Shown: positions 1 through 10,282, counted from the first letter of the stretch. The stretch is 64,000 nucleotides of DNA from Candidatus Omnitrophota bacterium (GCA_035352955.1 DAOPYQ010000011.1:139-64138); one strand, 5' to 3'. The notes: generated by a model not told the origin, from the sequence alone. Numbers and translations are program-made.

Positions 1-847
1 ACGCCGGAGACCCTTCCCTTACTTCCGTCACTTTAAAATCCCGGGTCCTGGGATCCCGCCCCACATGGAACCCCAGGTGCGGGGCGTCAGGATTCAAATA
101 AAAAATACTGACCGGAAGCTGGACTTCTTCTTTGTCACGCACGACCGTGAAATTCTTGTGAGCCTCCCCCTGGAGGTTCATAAGAAATCCGAAAAGGTTC
201 CCGGGCGTTACCTCCTGGCCATCGATTTTGTAGAGAATGTCCCCGTTACGAAGGCCTTGTTCATAGGCCAACTGGTGTTCCTCGACCCCGGCGATCACAT
301 ATTGCGCGATCTTGTCCTCATAATGAAGATCGCAACCGAGGATCACGCTTTTGACTTTGGGATATTTCGTCTGCACAAGCTTTTCGTGGATGCGGTACCC
401 AAGCAGCCCCTCAAAAACGCCGCGGGACTTGTCCGTTTTCCGGCTCAAAACCCTGGACGACAGCCCGCTTTTCCGCTTGAAATAGGCCTTGATGCCGATC
501 ACCGTCATGGTGGGATCTTTTTCAACGATCCCGATCTCGAGCGCACAAAAACCCTGGGAGGAAAGCATCGGAGCCTTCGCCCATTCCTTGTATTCTTTTT
601 TATAAAGCGGAAAAGTCGCGGTCTGGATGTAACCGTCTTCTTTTTTAGCAATGGCAACCGGGATCTTTTCGTCCTCAAGCGTGGCGAGCGTGGCGGTCCA
701 GACGTCTTCAAAACTTCCCGGAAGCGGAAAAGCGCGGCCTTCGGACTGGGAGGAAGAAAGCGAAAAACCCGAGAACAGAAAAGACAAAAAAAGCAGGCCG
801 CTGATCGTACGCAGCCTGCTTTTTTTGGAAAAACTCAGTGGCTCCAA
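1..847 (-). CDS. Secreted PDZ-domain protein; partial, its 3' end runs off the window start
   Basis: Minus-strand frame gives a Sec-type signal peptide (KKSRLRTISGLLFLSFLFSGFSLSSS) followed by a PDZ-like segment (GLRNGDILYKIDGQEV). No in-frame ATG, so the start is probably TTG near 847. The plus ORF 65..907 is its antisense shadow. Confidence 0.5.
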   Translation of the reverse strand, partial: MEPLSFSKKSRLRTISGLLFLSFLFSGFSLSSSQSEGRAFPLPGSFEDVWTATLATLEDEKIPVAIAKKEDGYIQTATFPLYKKEYKEWAKAPMLSSQGFCALEIGIVEKDPTMTVIGIKAYFKRKSGLSSRVLSRKTDKSRGVFEGLLGYRIHEKLVQTKYPKVKSVILGCDLHYEDKIAQYVIAGVEEHQLAYEQGLRNGDILYKIDGQEVTPGNLFGFLMNLQGEAHKNFTVVRDKEEVQLPVSIFYLNPDAPHLGFHVGRDPRTRDFKVTEVREGSPA

Positions 848-851
848 AGAA

Positions 852-1232
852 TTAGCGACCGACTTTATCGCCCTTCATCGCGACTTCGGGTCCTGTCGGC
901 GCCTTAGCGTAGGCATCCGCTGCGCTCCAGATGTGGTTGAACATCAGTATCCCGATACCAACCCAGATCACAGGATAACCGACCAGCGTTCCAAGCAGGA
1001 TCGTCGTCACAATACCACCGACCTCGATCAGGACCATCACACCGGTCTTGACCTTCCCTCCCTTGGTTTCCATCTCACCGTTTAGATATTGCCCCCAGCC
1101 GGGCAATACGAGTGACGCCGCACCGCGCGTCAGGCTCTTCTCGCCCTTGTCCGCTTCCGCGGCATACGCAACGCCACTCACGGAGACCAGCAGGGTGGTA
1201 AGGACCAATAATGTTGAAATCTTCCTGAGCAT
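852..1232 (-). CDS. Small membrane or secreted protein (signal peptide plus two TM segments)
   Basis: ORF track 126 aa: N-terminal signal (LLVLTTLLVSVSGVAYA), LPGWGQYLNGE motif, hydrophobic C-terminal half. Confidence 0.5.
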   Translation of the reverse strand: MLRKISTLLVLTTLLVSVSGVAYAAEADKGEKSLTRGAASLVLPGWGQYLNGEMETKGGKVKTGVMVLIEVGGIVTTILLGTLVGYPVIWVGIGILMFNHIWSAADAYAKAPTGPEVAMKGDKVGR

Positions 1233-1480
1233 AACCCCTCCTTGTTAATCGTTTAAAGACATCCCTCTTTATCGGCAAAACCTTATTGGATTTTAGGTCT
1301 AAGTTCTGCGGGCGTCAAGACCCGTACGTCCTTGCGGAAGCAGAAAAACGCTACTTTTTCTTCGGGAACAGGCGCTGGACGTTGGGCCGCAGGGTCCAGT
1401 CGGCCTGATACCGGGGGTGGACCACATTATACAAACCCTGAACACTCAAACTGACCGGCAATTTTCTGAGCTAAATAAGT

Positions 1481-1711
1481 TTACCGGCCCCGCATACGAC
1501 CAGAGATTGTTGTTAAGCGAGCCTGCCGGAAATTTTCCGTGGTTGTAAACAAAAACGCCGCCGCAACGGCCCTATTAAGCGCTTGAAGATGTATCGCGTT
1601 CGTCAACCCGAGCATCGAAGTAAACCCGTACTGGTTCCACATCTCGGGAATATCTTCGATCACCGGCGTCGAGGACCCCGCCAGTTTCCGAATCTTCCTT
1701 ATTCTTTTCAT
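1481..1711 (-). CDS. Hypothetical small protein (76 aa)
   Basis: ORF starts 12 nt after the stop of 1724..1957, so the two are probably co-transcribed. No family recognised. Confidence 0.3.
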   Translation of the reverse strand: MKRIRKIRKLAGSSTPVIEDIPEMWNQYGFTSMLGLTNAIHLQALNRAVAAAFLFTTTENFRQARLTTISGRMRGR

Positions 1712-1723
1712 ACCGGCTTTTTT

Positions 1724-1957
1724 TTACGGAATATCGTCCTCAAGGTCTTGTTTTTCCTGGCGGGCCAGTTTTCCCGTCGCTGTCTCCGGAGCCGTCGGCT
1801 CGGTCTTGGGTGAAGACACCGCCTTCTGGGCCCGCCGGGCCGCAATCGCCGTTCTCGCGGCACGGATCCCGAAGATCGCATGTGCGGGGAAAACCCCGAA
1901 TACCAACACCCAAAGAATGAGCCCCAACAACGTTCGCAAAAGAATTTTCATAAACAC
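1724..1957 (-). CDS. Hypothetical small membrane protein (77 aa)
   Basis: N-terminal TM helix (ILLRTLLGLILWVLVFGVF) and a charged C-terminus. Confidence 0.4.
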   Translation of the reverse strand: MFMKILLRTLLGLILWVLVFGVFPAHAIFGIRAARTAIAARRAQKAVSSPKTEPTAPETATGKLARQEKQDLEDDIP

Positions 1958-2007
1958 TCTCCCTTTATTTTAAAAGTGGCTTTTTGACGGCTGTTCCGCA
2001 ACACGGG

Positions 2008-2433
2008 TTAGAAGCCGGAACGGCCACTGGTCATATTGATAAGCTCGCACGCCTTTGGGTTGTTGGCGGTCGAAAAAACGCCGACGATCTTGAAACCGTC
2101 CGAACTGGTCCCGTACACCGACTCGACGTGAATCCCATTTTGCCCGAGGACCTTGGCGACCTCGGCCAGGGTGCCTGTCTTGTTCTCAAACTCCACGATC
2201 AGAACTTCCCGTTCTTCGATCTCGGGGATGAAATAAGCGATACTTTCCTTTGTTTTCTGAAAATCGCCGGTCGAAACAATAAGCCGGAGATGCCCCTTGT
2301 CGTCTTCCGTGTGTGCCGTCAGGTGAACGATAAAGATGTTCTTCTGTGCCAACGCAAAGATCGTCCGCCCCAACAATCCCGTTTCATCTTTCGCAACGCA
2401 ATAAATCTCTTTTCCGATCGTCGCCCGCGCCAT
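2008..2433 (-). CDS. Tandem ACT-domain protein
   Basis: Two ACT-like beta-alpha-beta-beta-alpha-beta units. The internal ATG at 2433 (MARATIG) has AGGAGG 6 nt upstream and is preferred over the ORF-track start at 2451. Confidence 0.6.
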   Translation of the reverse strand: MARATIGKEIYCVAKDETGLLGRTIFALAQKNIFIVHLTAHTEDDKGHLRLIVSTGDFQKTKESIAYFIPEIEEREVLIVEFENKTGTLAEVAKVLGQNGIHVESVYGTSSDGFKIVGVFSTANNPKACELINMTSGRSGF

Positions 2434-2473
2434 GCTTTCCTCCTTTTTCAACTGAACATTATTTCAGCACTCT

Positions 2474-3016
2474 CTAATAAAAGGACCCGGCATAATCAAT
2501 CGTGTAGCGCATCAACAACGCCCCAAAGCTCCCGTCACTTAATTCCGGCAGCAGCGTGCGAACACCCGCGGTCGGTACCATCGGGTATTTTCGGTCGCCC
2601 ATCTGGTCGGTGCGTGCCGTCGGAAAAACGAATTGCGTGCCGGCCGCGGCCGACCCCAAAGGATCAAACTCCCGGATTAATAGAACCTGGGAGAGCGTGT
2701 CTCCCAAACCAAACTTGTAAGACCCCTCGGACCCCTGGGCGGTTCTTTTATGGGTGAGAACGGCGGGAAGATCCAGGCGCGTCCCGATCTGCCAATGTTC
2801 GTTGATCCGAAAAGGCCGATCGGTGCGAAAAATAAAAGTATCTTTGGAGAATTTCTTGGCAAGAAGCTGGCACGAATAGCAAACGTTGAAGCGGGCAAGC
2901 AGGCGGGTGACATCCTGCCCGTTATTGAGTGCTTTTCCCCCGGCCTCCTCCGCGGCAAAAGCATTCGCGGAAAGAATAAGCGCCAAGGCGGTCCATGCGA
3001 TGCACTTCTTCAGCAT
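2474..3016 (-). CDS. Secreted protein of unknown function, possibly an outer-membrane beta-strand protein
   Basis: Signal peptide MLKKCIAWTALALILSANAFA; C-terminal aromatic residues; no catalytic motif recognised. Confidence 0.5.
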   Translation of the reverse strand: MLKKCIAWTALALILSANAFAAEEAGGKALNNGQDVTRLLARFNVCYSCQLLAKKFSKDTFIFRTDRPFRINEHWQIGTRLDLPAVLTHKRTAQGSEGSYKFGLGDTLSQVLLIREFDPLGSAAAGTQFVFPTARTDQMGDRKYPMVPTAGVRTLLPELSDGSFGALLMRYTIDYAGSFY

Positions 3017-3067
3017 AATCCCCCAGAAGGATCTGCTTCATGAAAGGCGCGGTCCGGATCCCGGACC

Positions 3068-5023
3068 TTATTTGCCGGACGAAAGTCCGAACGTAAAACC
3101 TTGCTTCACTTTCGCGATCAACGCGGGAAGCACTTCCCGGTAATCGCGAACCATTCCGAAATCCGCATGACGAAAGATCGCGGCTTGCGGGTCCTGGTTG
3201 ATCGCAATGATCTTGCCCGACTCTTTCATGCCTGCCAAATGCTGAATGGCCCCCGAGATCGCAACGGCAATATAGAGCTTCGGGCGAATGGTCTTTCCGG
3301 TTTGTCCAACCTGGCGCGCGTACGGCGCGTAACCGTTGTCGACGGCGTGACGGCTTGCGCCCCAATCCGCGTTGATCCCTTTTTCCCGGAGCGCTTCGAC
3401 CAGCTCTTTGATCAACTTGAAGTCATCGTGCTCGCCGGCAGGCCGGCCTCCGGAAATAACGATGTCCGCCACAAAAAGATTGTCCCCACCGCCCGCTTCA
3501 CGTTTGGTTTCGAGAATTTCAACGATAAAATCCTTGTCCGTCAGCACCGGTTTGAATTCGCTCACGATCCCCTTGCGCCCGATATCGCGCGGCAGGATCT
3601 TGAACGTGCCCGCCCGGGCCGTCGCCATTTGAGGACACCAGAAACCGATAATGGTCGCGAGCTTGCTCTCACCGTAGGTCGGGCGGATGGACTCAAGGCA
3701 CGGATAAAAAATGGATTTTTTCAACCGGTGGGCATATTCGCCGATCTCAAGGCTCGTGCAATCGGCCGTCACGCCCGCTTTCACGCGGCTTCCGAGACGC
3801 GGCGCCAGTTCACGGCCCGAGGTCGTGGCGCCGAATAATGCGATCTCAGGACGGTTTTTCTCGATGATCTGAGAAAGAATCGCCGCAGTCGGAAGAATGC
3901 TATATTCCTTAAGCCGCGGATCGTCTACGAGCACCACTTCGTCGGCGCCGTGCTCGATCACTTCCTGCGCTGCCCCTTTGACGTTGTGGCCGATGATCAC
4001 GGCCCGGACTTTGGTCTCAAGCTGATCGGCAAGTCTGCGGGCGGGATTCAGGATTTCCATCGAGGAACGCGCAGGAATTTGCCCGTGCATCTCGATCCAG
4101 GTGAGAACGCCACGAGCGCCGCCACGGAAATCCACACGCGGAAAATCCGCAGTCGCTTTTCCGAGAGAGGAAGACTGCTGCGTTCCTCCCTGGGCGGAAT
4201 GAGCCGCGTGACCGCCGGCGATCTGATCTTTGATCTTCTCGACTTCCGCAACAAGACCGTCCGCGAGATCTTTCCCCTCGTGTCCGGAGATCATGTTCAC
4301 GGGCGGCCGGTCCTTCAGAATATCCACGACCTTGGCGACAAGCGTCGGCGAACCATTGATGCCGACGATCCCGGAATCGGCGCCGGTTTGATCAAGCGTC
4401 CAAACTTCTAGCTTTGTATTCCGCGCGCGGATCGCGCCTTCCAGGGAGGGCCGGCGGGCCGGCGTCGCCGTGGGAGCGATCGAAATAAGGCACGGGATGG
4501 GAAGCCGCAGGATCTGATAACCGCCTTCGATAATACGGCGGACCTTAAGATGATCGCCCTGCCATTCAACCTTTTCTACAAACGTCGCTTGAGGGATCCT
4601 GAGATTCTCGGCCGTCTGGGAGGGAACATGCGCGGTATCGCCGTCCGTCGTCTGCCGCCCCGAGAAAATAATGTAGGGGTCATTCCCCAGGCCGAGTTTC
4701 TTGATCAAAGAAGAAATAGCATAACCGGTAGCGAACGTATCAGAGCCGCCGAGTTTCCGGTCGGAAAGAAGGACCGCTCGATCGTAACCCATCGCAAGCG
4801 CCCTTTTCAGAGACTGCTCAAAACTCGGCGGCCCCATCGAGATCACGATCATTTCCGCGTCGGGAACATGCTTGCGGATCTGAAGACCCTGCTCCAAGCC
4901 GAACGCGCAATCCGCGTTGATCATGGATTTGGCCTTCGTCCGATCCATAAGACCGTCGGCACCCATGCGCATCTCCGTCGGGAGCGGCACTTGTTTCATT
5001 AAGGTGATAATTTTTAGACCCAT
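3068..5023 (-). CDS. Fused electron-transfer flavoprotein: EtfB (N-terminal) plus EtfA (C-terminal) in one 651-aa polypeptide
   Basis: N-terminal half MKQVPLP...DCAFGLEQGLQIRK is EtfB-like. C-terminal half ALFGATTSGRELAPRLG...AISGAIQHLAGMK is the EtfA FAD-binding domain. They are joined by a low-complexity Gly/Ala/Ser linker. Confidence 0.9.
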   Translation of the reverse strand: MGLKIITLMKQVPLPTEMRMGADGLMDRTKAKSMINADCAFGLEQGLQIRKHVPDAEMIVISMGPPSFEQSLKRALAMGYDRAVLLSDRKLGGSDTFATGYAISSLIKKLGLGNDPYIIFSGRQTTDGDTAHVPSQTAENLRIPQATFVEKVEWQGDHLKVRRIIEGGYQILRLPIPCLISIAPTATPARRPSLEGAIRARNTKLEVWTLDQTGADSGIVGINGSPTLVAKVVDILKDRPPVNMISGHEGKDLADGLVAEVEKIKDQIAGGHAAHSAQGGTQQSSSLGKATADFPRVDFRGGARGVLTWIEMHGQIPARSSMEILNPARRLADQLETKVRAVIIGHNVKGAAQEVIEHGADEVVLVDDPRLKEYSILPTAAILSQIIEKNRPEIALFGATTSGRELAPRLGSRVKAGVTADCTSLEIGEYAHRLKKSIFYPCLESIRPTYGESKLATIIGFWCPQMATARAGTFKILPRDIGRKGIVSEFKPVLTDKDFIVEILETKREAGGGDNLFVADIVISGGRPAGEHDDFKLIKELVEALREKGINADWGASRHAVDNGYAPYARQVGQTGKTIRPKLYIAVAISGAIQHLAGMKESGKIIAINQDPQAAIFRHADFGMVRDYREVLPALIAKVKQGFTFGLSSGK

Positions 5024-5094
5024 AAATCCTCAGTCGCGTATGACGCACAACGCGTAACGAGCTTTTTCCGTCTCTCGTTACCCGTCACTCTATT

Positions 5095-6756
5095 TTACAT
5101 ATTTTCGTATTCCGGTCCGTCACCGCCATACGGGGTAACCCACCGGATGTTGCCGAACGGATCCTTGATATCGCAAGTCTTGCAATGAACGCAATTGGCC
5201 GGGTGAAGATGGAGATCCTTTTTCCCGGTCTTCGGATCCGTCACGATCTCATAGACCTCGGCCGGGCAAAAATGTTGGCACGGCCCGCCGTATTTCGGGA
5301 TACAGATGTCCCGGCAAAGTTTGATGTCCAGGACATGACAGTGGCACGGTTGTTCTTCGTCGTGCTTGGAACCGGAATAAAAAACATCCGTAACCTTATC
5401 AAAAGTAAGCTTTTTGTCGAACGCGAGTTCTTTAGCGAACTTCTTCGGGAACGGGTCCTTCACATCCGAAAGTTTCGTGTAGCAAGCCGCATCTTCATGA
5501 AGCCTCATCTTGCCGGACGGCGTAATCCCTCGCCCGCCGGTCAGGATCTGCGTCGCAAAATGAAACGCTCCGAAGATCATCCCGTAACCAAACCCCGCGC
5601 GGAAATTGCGGACGCGGTTCAGGTTCTTATAGCCGGCGCTTTTCCTGAAAAGCTCTTCGTAGAGGCTAAGGCTTTTTGCGGAAGTATCGTTCTTTTTCAG
5701 CGCTTCGAACGCCGCCTGGGCGGCCAACATCCCCGATTCGATCGCAAGATGGACCCCCTTGAGGCTCGGCATGCTAAGGAACCCCGCGGAATCGCCGACG
5801 ATCATGACGCCGTCCCGGACAAGTTTCGGAAGCGAGAACAGCCCGCCTTCGGGGATCGTTTTCGCGCCGTATTTGAGGATCCTGCCTTTCTCGAGGATCT
5901 TCGCGACCATCGGATGTTTCTTGTAGAGCTGAAGCGCCGCGTGCGCGTCGAAGGTGGGATCTTTGTAATCGAGTGCCGCCGCGATCCCGACCGCGACCTG
6001 CCGGCTACTCATCCCATAGACGAAACCGCCGCCAAAATGGTTGAACGCGAAAGGATAACCCAGCGTGTGGATCACGCGGCCCGCTTCAAACGTCCCTTCG
6101 GGAACATCCCAGAGCTCTTTGACGCCGGTGGAGTAGACTTGGGGATTAAAACCCTGAAGCTCATGCTTGCGAATAAATTCCGTCGAAAGGCTCCCCCGTG
6201 AACCTTCGGCCAGAATCGTGATCTTCGCATGGACACGGGTTCCGGACTGGTAATTGTCCATCGGCTTGCCGTGCTTGTCGACGCCGGTATCGATCGTCTT
6301 CGCGCCAATGACTTTATCGTTCTCATAGAGAATTTCATCAACGCTGAATCCCGGGTAGACCTGGACGCCTTTCTTTTCGGCAACCTCACCAAGGAACCGG
6401 ACCAACCGGCCGAGTGACGTGACAAAATTGCCCTTGTTCGCCATAAAAGGCGGCGTGAAAGGCATTTTGATCGCACCCTTTGCCGTCAGGCGATAGAACT
6501 CGTCTTTCGTGACCGGCGATTCAAAAGGAAGGTCTTTTTCGGGAATATCGGGAAGGAGCGCTTTCAAGGTCGAAGGATCGACCACAGCGCCGGAAAGATT
6601 ATGACTGCCGAGCGAGGAACCTTTTTCCAGAAGAAGGATCTTGGGAGACTGCCCTTCGGTCGCGGCAAGATCGGCAAGCCGGATCGCAAAAGCAAGCCCG
6701 GCAACCCCGCCGCCGACGACTAAAATGTCCGTTTCAACTGCTTCGTTCTTCGCCAT
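5095..6756 (-). CDS. Electron-transfer-flavoprotein:quinone oxidoreductase (ETF-QO), copy 1
   Basis: FAD GxGxxG at the N-terminus (ILVVGGGVAGLAFA) and a C-terminal 4Fe-4S ferredoxin-like CxxCxxC region (CVHCKTCDIKDP). Confidence 0.9.
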   Translation of the reverse strand: MAKNEAVETDILVVGGGVAGLAFAIRLADLAATEGQSPKILLLEKGSSLGSHNLSGAVVDPSTLKALLPDIPEKDLPFESPVTKDEFYRLTAKGAIKMPFTPPFMANKGNFVTSLGRLVRFLGEVAEKKGVQVYPGFSVDEILYENDKVIGAKTIDTGVDKHGKPMDNYQSGTRVHAKITILAEGSRGSLSTEFIRKHELQGFNPQVYSTGVKELWDVPEGTFEAGRVIHTLGYPFAFNHFGGGFVYGMSSRQVAVGIAAALDYKDPTFDAHAALQLYKKHPMVAKILEKGRILKYGAKTIPEGGLFSLPKLVRDGVMIVGDSAGFLSMPSLKGVHLAIESGMLAAQAAFEALKKNDTSAKSLSLYEELFRKSAGYKNLNRVRNFRAGFGYGMIFGAFHFATQILTGGRGITPSGKMRLHEDAACYTKLSDVKDPFPKKFAKELAFDKKLTFDKVTDVFYSGSKHDEEQPCHCHVLDIKLCRDICIPKYGGPCQHFCPAEVYEIVTDPKTGKKDLHLHPANCVHCKTCDIKDPFGNIRWVTPYGGDGPEYENM

Positions 6757-6892
6757 TTAAAAAAGCATCCCGGGAGATCCTTTTGCAGATGATTCCGTAA
6801 AATGGAAGGCGTATTGTAGCACAAAGCCGCGGATTTCCAAGAAAGAGAATTACCGAAAATATGAGTGTTTTTCGGGAATATTGGCGGACTTT

Positions 6893-8545
6893 TCAGGCGG
6901 GCTCGCCAAGAAGAAATCCCTGACCGTAACGAACGCCGAGCGCCTTAAGGGTCTCGAGGTCCTCCCGGGTTTCGATCCCCTCGGCAATGATCCGGGCATC
7001 CAGGCTCTCCACCACGTGCAGCAGACGGCGCAGGACTTCCTGCTGTCCTTTATCGCGACTGATGTCCTTGACGATCTTCTTGTCGATCTTGATGACATCC
7101 GGCTGCAAGAGGATCAAACTTTCGAGACAGCTCCGGCCGAAACCGACATCGTCGATCGCTATACGGATCCCCCGTTTCTTAAATTCGCTGACCATGGCCA
7201 CCAGATAGGACGGGTCGCCAAGGATCTGCTGTTCGCTGATCTCGACGCAATAGTGCCCGACAAGGTTCTCCGGGGGGAACAACCGATTCAGCTCCTCTTT
7301 CTGAAGACCCGAAATCGTAGAAGGAAAGAGATTAATGTGTTTTTCATATTTCGGAGACACCCCGAAAGACGCGGTCATCGACATCTCGAGGCACCGGTGG
7401 TCCACCGCCGAAAGAATATTGTTTTCCGCGCTATACCCAAGAAATTCGTCCGGCATCTCAAGCCCCGGGATGTCCGACCGGGAAAGGAATTCGTAGCCGA
7501 CCGGTTTTTTAGTGAGAAGATCCAGAATAGGCTGCTTCACGGAGCGAAAATGGCTTCCCGACCTGAGCATTTCGGAAACATCTTTTCCGGCCGATGCCAA
7601 AGCATCACCAAAACTGACCCGGTTCTTCCCAAGCTGTTTGCTCCTGGCGAGCGCTTCATGGGTCGCTTCGAGAAGTTCCTCGATCGAGAGCATCCGCCGG
7701 GTAACGTTCACGACCCCGAAAGACGCCGTCGTCTGGATCGCCTGGCCGCCGCTCGAAACGATCGGCGTCCGGTTGATCGCAAACCGCAACCGTTCCGAAA
7801 AATGGACCGCCTCGGCCGGGCGTGTATTGGGAAGGAGAATGATGAACTCGTCCCCCCCAACGCGGGAGACATGATCCATCGCGCGGACCGTCTTTTTGAG
7901 GACCTTCGAGACCTCCTGAAGAACAATGTCCCCCGCCGCATGGCCGAACGTATCATTGATCTCCTTGAAATCATCGAGATCCAGCAATATCACCACGAGG
8001 TTCGTTCCCTCGCGGCCGGAGATTTGAAGCTCCCGGACAAGCATCCGCTGAAGCCCTCTCCGGTTCAAAAGCTGGGTCAGCGGGTCCAGGATGGAAAGCT
8101 TTTCGAGTCGTTCGTTAAGTTCTTCGACTTCTTTTTTCTGATGATGCCGCTCCAGCGCGTATCTCAAAATACGGACAAGCGTATGTTTATCCGCCTTCCC
8201 CTTGACGACATAATCCTGCGCCCCCTTGCGAACCACCTCAAGCGCCAAATGCTCGTCATCTGTGCCGCTCAGGATGACATAGGGAATTTCCTTATGTTCC
8301 GAGAAAAGGCGGTCAAAAGTTTCAACCCCGCGGCTGTCCGGAAGGCCAAGATCCAAGAGAATCAGATCGAAATGTTTCTGCTGAAGAAATTTGAGAGCTT
8401 CGGCAAGAGTCGGGGCATTCTCGATCTGAAACGGAGGATCCTGTTCGGAGCGGAGGCTAAACCTGAGGATATCGCAAAAATCGGCATCGTCTTCAATGAG
8501 AAGCAATTTGATCGTGGCGGGAAGAACGTCAATCCGGTTTTCCAT
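6893..8545 (-). CDS. Response regulator with REC, GGDEF and EAL domains (c-di-GMP turnover)
   Basis: REC (KLLLIEDD...LILLDLGLPD), GGDEF (RVGGDEFIILL), then an EAL domain. Confidence 0.9.
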   Translation of the reverse strand: MENRIDVLPATIKLLLIEDDADFCDILRFSLRSEQDPPFQIENAPTLAEALKFLQQKHFDLILLDLGLPDSRGVETFDRLFSEHKEIPYVILSGTDDEHLALEVVRKGAQDYVVKGKADKHTLVRILRYALERHHQKKEVEELNERLEKLSILDPLTQLLNRRGLQRMLVRELQISGREGTNLVVILLDLDDFKEINDTFGHAAGDIVLQEVSKVLKKTVRAMDHVSRVGGDEFIILLPNTRPAEAVHFSERLRFAINRTPIVSSGGQAIQTTASFGVVNVTRRMLSIEELLEATHEALARSKQLGKNRVSFGDALASAGKDVSEMLRSGSHFRSVKQPILDLLTKKPVGYEFLSRSDIPGLEMPDEFLGYSAENNILSAVDHRCLEMSMTASFGVSPKYEKHINLFPSTISGLQKEELNRLFPPENLVGHYCVEISEQQILGDPSYLVAMVSEFKKRGIRIAIDDVGFGRSCLESLILLQPDVIKIDKKIVKDISRDKGQQEVLRRLLHVVESLDARIIAEGIETREDLETLKALGVRYGQGFLLGEPA

Positions 8546-8783
8546 AAACGCTCCTTCCGGAAGAAATCCGGAAAAGAACGATTCGTTGATCCTGAAAGCG
8601 TCACAGAGCCTACCCGCATTAGTCTACCCCCGGAAAAGGCAGAAAGCAATCCGCCACGGCTATTATTTCATCCTTGAAATTTATTGCCTGACAGCTCTTA
8701 AACTTGAAGGAAAAAGCTAGTTTGAAAAGCCGGGAACATGCAGAAGTGTCTATTTGTTGTTTAAAATTAAAAGGAGAGTAAAA

Positions 8784-9473
8784 CTAGAAGGAGTATTTCA
8801 GGCCGATGCCCAAAATATTGAGATTCGTCCATTTGCCAATAGCATTCTTGGCCGAGTGACGCAGGTAATAGACCGAACCATAGATCGGCCCCCACCAGTG
8901 CATCTTGAACCCGGAAAAGTACCGATCCTCAATGAGTCCGTTTCGCTGAGTCTCGAAAAAAACCTCGTTGGCGGTATAAGGCTGAAACTCCAGCGGCGTC
9001 CATTTCCACGGGGCTGTAAGCCCGGTCAGATTCCGGTACCGCATCGCAAATCGCGCGTCCTCCCTGATCCGGAATTCCAGCATGCTACGGTTCTCCAGGA
9101 GAAACCCCTTGAACGGCAACTGGGGCGTCAGATAGATGCGCGGCACGGATTCCCAATACCAGATCTCGTCCTTTCCCTTGCTTCGAGAGGCCCGGTTCTC
9201 GAGATACTCGGCACCCATGGAAACATATTTGAAAGGCTGATAATTCGCACCGACGTGGGTCTCGGCATAATAAAGGCCGTTATGCTCACGGTACCGGAGC
9301 TCTTCGCCTGCGCGGATCTTCCAATGAGCATTCAGTTTCTTTTCAACATCAAACGTATTCCAGATGCCGAACCCTTCATCCTTGGTAGCCATCGCGGCAG
9401 CAGACGGCATCCCGAGCAGGTTAATCAGAAAAAGAACAACCCCCAGATAACAAACTACGGAAAAACGTTTCAT
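8784..9473 (-). CDS. Putative outer-membrane beta-barrel protein
   Basis: Signal peptide, alternating aromatic/hydrophilic pattern, C-terminal ...GLKYSF ending in Phe. Confidence 0.55.
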   Translation of the reverse strand: MKRFSVVCYLGVVLFLINLLGMPSAAAMATKDEGFGIWNTFDVEKKLNAHWKIRAGEELRYREHNGLYYAETHVGANYQPFKYVSMGAEYLENRASRSKGKDEIWYWESVPRIYLTPQLPFKGFLLENRSMLEFRIREDARFAMRYRNLTGLTAPWKWTPLEFQPYTANEVFFETQRNGLIEDRYFSGFKMHWWGPIYGSVYYLRHSAKNAIGKWTNLNILGIGLKYSF

Positions 9474-9591
9474 GAGCCTCCTTAGGGAGAACAGATCAAG
9501 TTTCCGCAGATTCTACAATAAAATCCCATTTCCCTTATACCTTTTTTAAGAAAAACCCCTATGGTAGAATCAGAAAAGGAGCCGGTCTGTT

Positions 9592-10281
9592 ATGCTGAAC
9601 AAAACTGTCCTGTTGATCGAAGACGAAAAGAACATTGTCGAGCTCGTAAAATATAACCTCGAAAAGGAAGGATTCCGCGTCCTGAACGCTTCCCGAGGCA
9701 ATGCGGGGCTCGACATGGCTCTTAAGGAAAAACCTTCCCTCATCCTCCTGGACCTCATGCTCCCCGAACTCGGCGGTCTTGAAATCTGTAAGATCCTCAA
9801 GCAGAACGACAAAAGCCGCGGTATTCCCATCATCATGCTCACGGCCAAAGGAACGGAAGCCGACAAAGTCGTTGGCCTCGAACTCGGCGCGGACGACTAC
9901 ATGACGAAACCTTTCAGCCCGCGCGAACTGGTGGCACGCATCAAAGCTGTACTCCGCCGGGTTCAGGAAAAACCAAAAGCTCTGCTCTTGCGGACCGGTT
10001 CCTTGGAGCTTGACATCACGAAACACGAACTGCGGATCAAGAACAAAGCGATAGAAACCACGGCCAAGGAATTCGCACTGCTCCGGACGTTGATGGAATC
10101 CAAGGGCAGGGTCCTGAGCCGGGAGACGCTCCTCGAAAAGGTATGGGGCTATGAAAGCTCGATGAACCTTGAAACGCGCACGGTGGATATGCATATCACC
10201 CAGATCCGGAAAAAACTTGGAAAAGCCGCCGACCGGATCGTGACGGTCAAGGGCGTCGGCTACCGGTTCGACGAGGCATAA
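9592..10281 (+). CDS. phoB: Phosphate regulon response regulator PhoB (OmpR family)
   Basis: REC domain with the phospho-Asp context LILLDLMLP, followed by an OmpR-type winged helix. Confidence 0.9.
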   Translation: MLNKTVLLIEDEKNIVELVKYNLEKEGFRVLNASRGNAGLDMALKEKPSLILLDLMLPELGGLEICKILKQNDKSRGIPIIMLTAKGTEADKVVGLELGADDYMTKPFSPRELVARIKAVLRRVQEKPKALLLRTGSLELDITKHELRIKNKAIETTAKEFALLRTLMESKGRVLSRETLLEKVWGYESSMNLETRTVDMHITQIRKKLGKAADRIVTVKGVGYRFDEA

Positions 10282-10282
10282 G

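Noticed and set aside
65-907. 280-aa plus-strand ORF at the window start
   Set aside because: Arg/Lys/Phe-rich and low-complexity. The opposite strand in the same region encodes a signal peptide plus a PDZ-like domain with normal composition, so the plus ORF is taken as an antisense shadow.
5024-5094. 8-bp inverted repeat GTAACGAG...CTCGTTAC between ETF-QO1 and the fused etfBA
   Set aside because: Short stem, 12-nt loop, no U-tract. It could be a minor RNA structure, but not enough signal to call a feature.
6881-8677. Long plus-strand ORFs (6881..8677, 25625..27877, 27896..29395, 43709..45811, 17862..18779 and others) overlapping strong minus-strand genes
   Set aside because: High-GC genomes generate long antisense ORFs. 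Their translations are Arg/His/Asp-rich and low-complexity, and every one overlaps a minus-strand gene with clear family motifs (GGDEF/EAL, ACAD, GH57, RND, porin).
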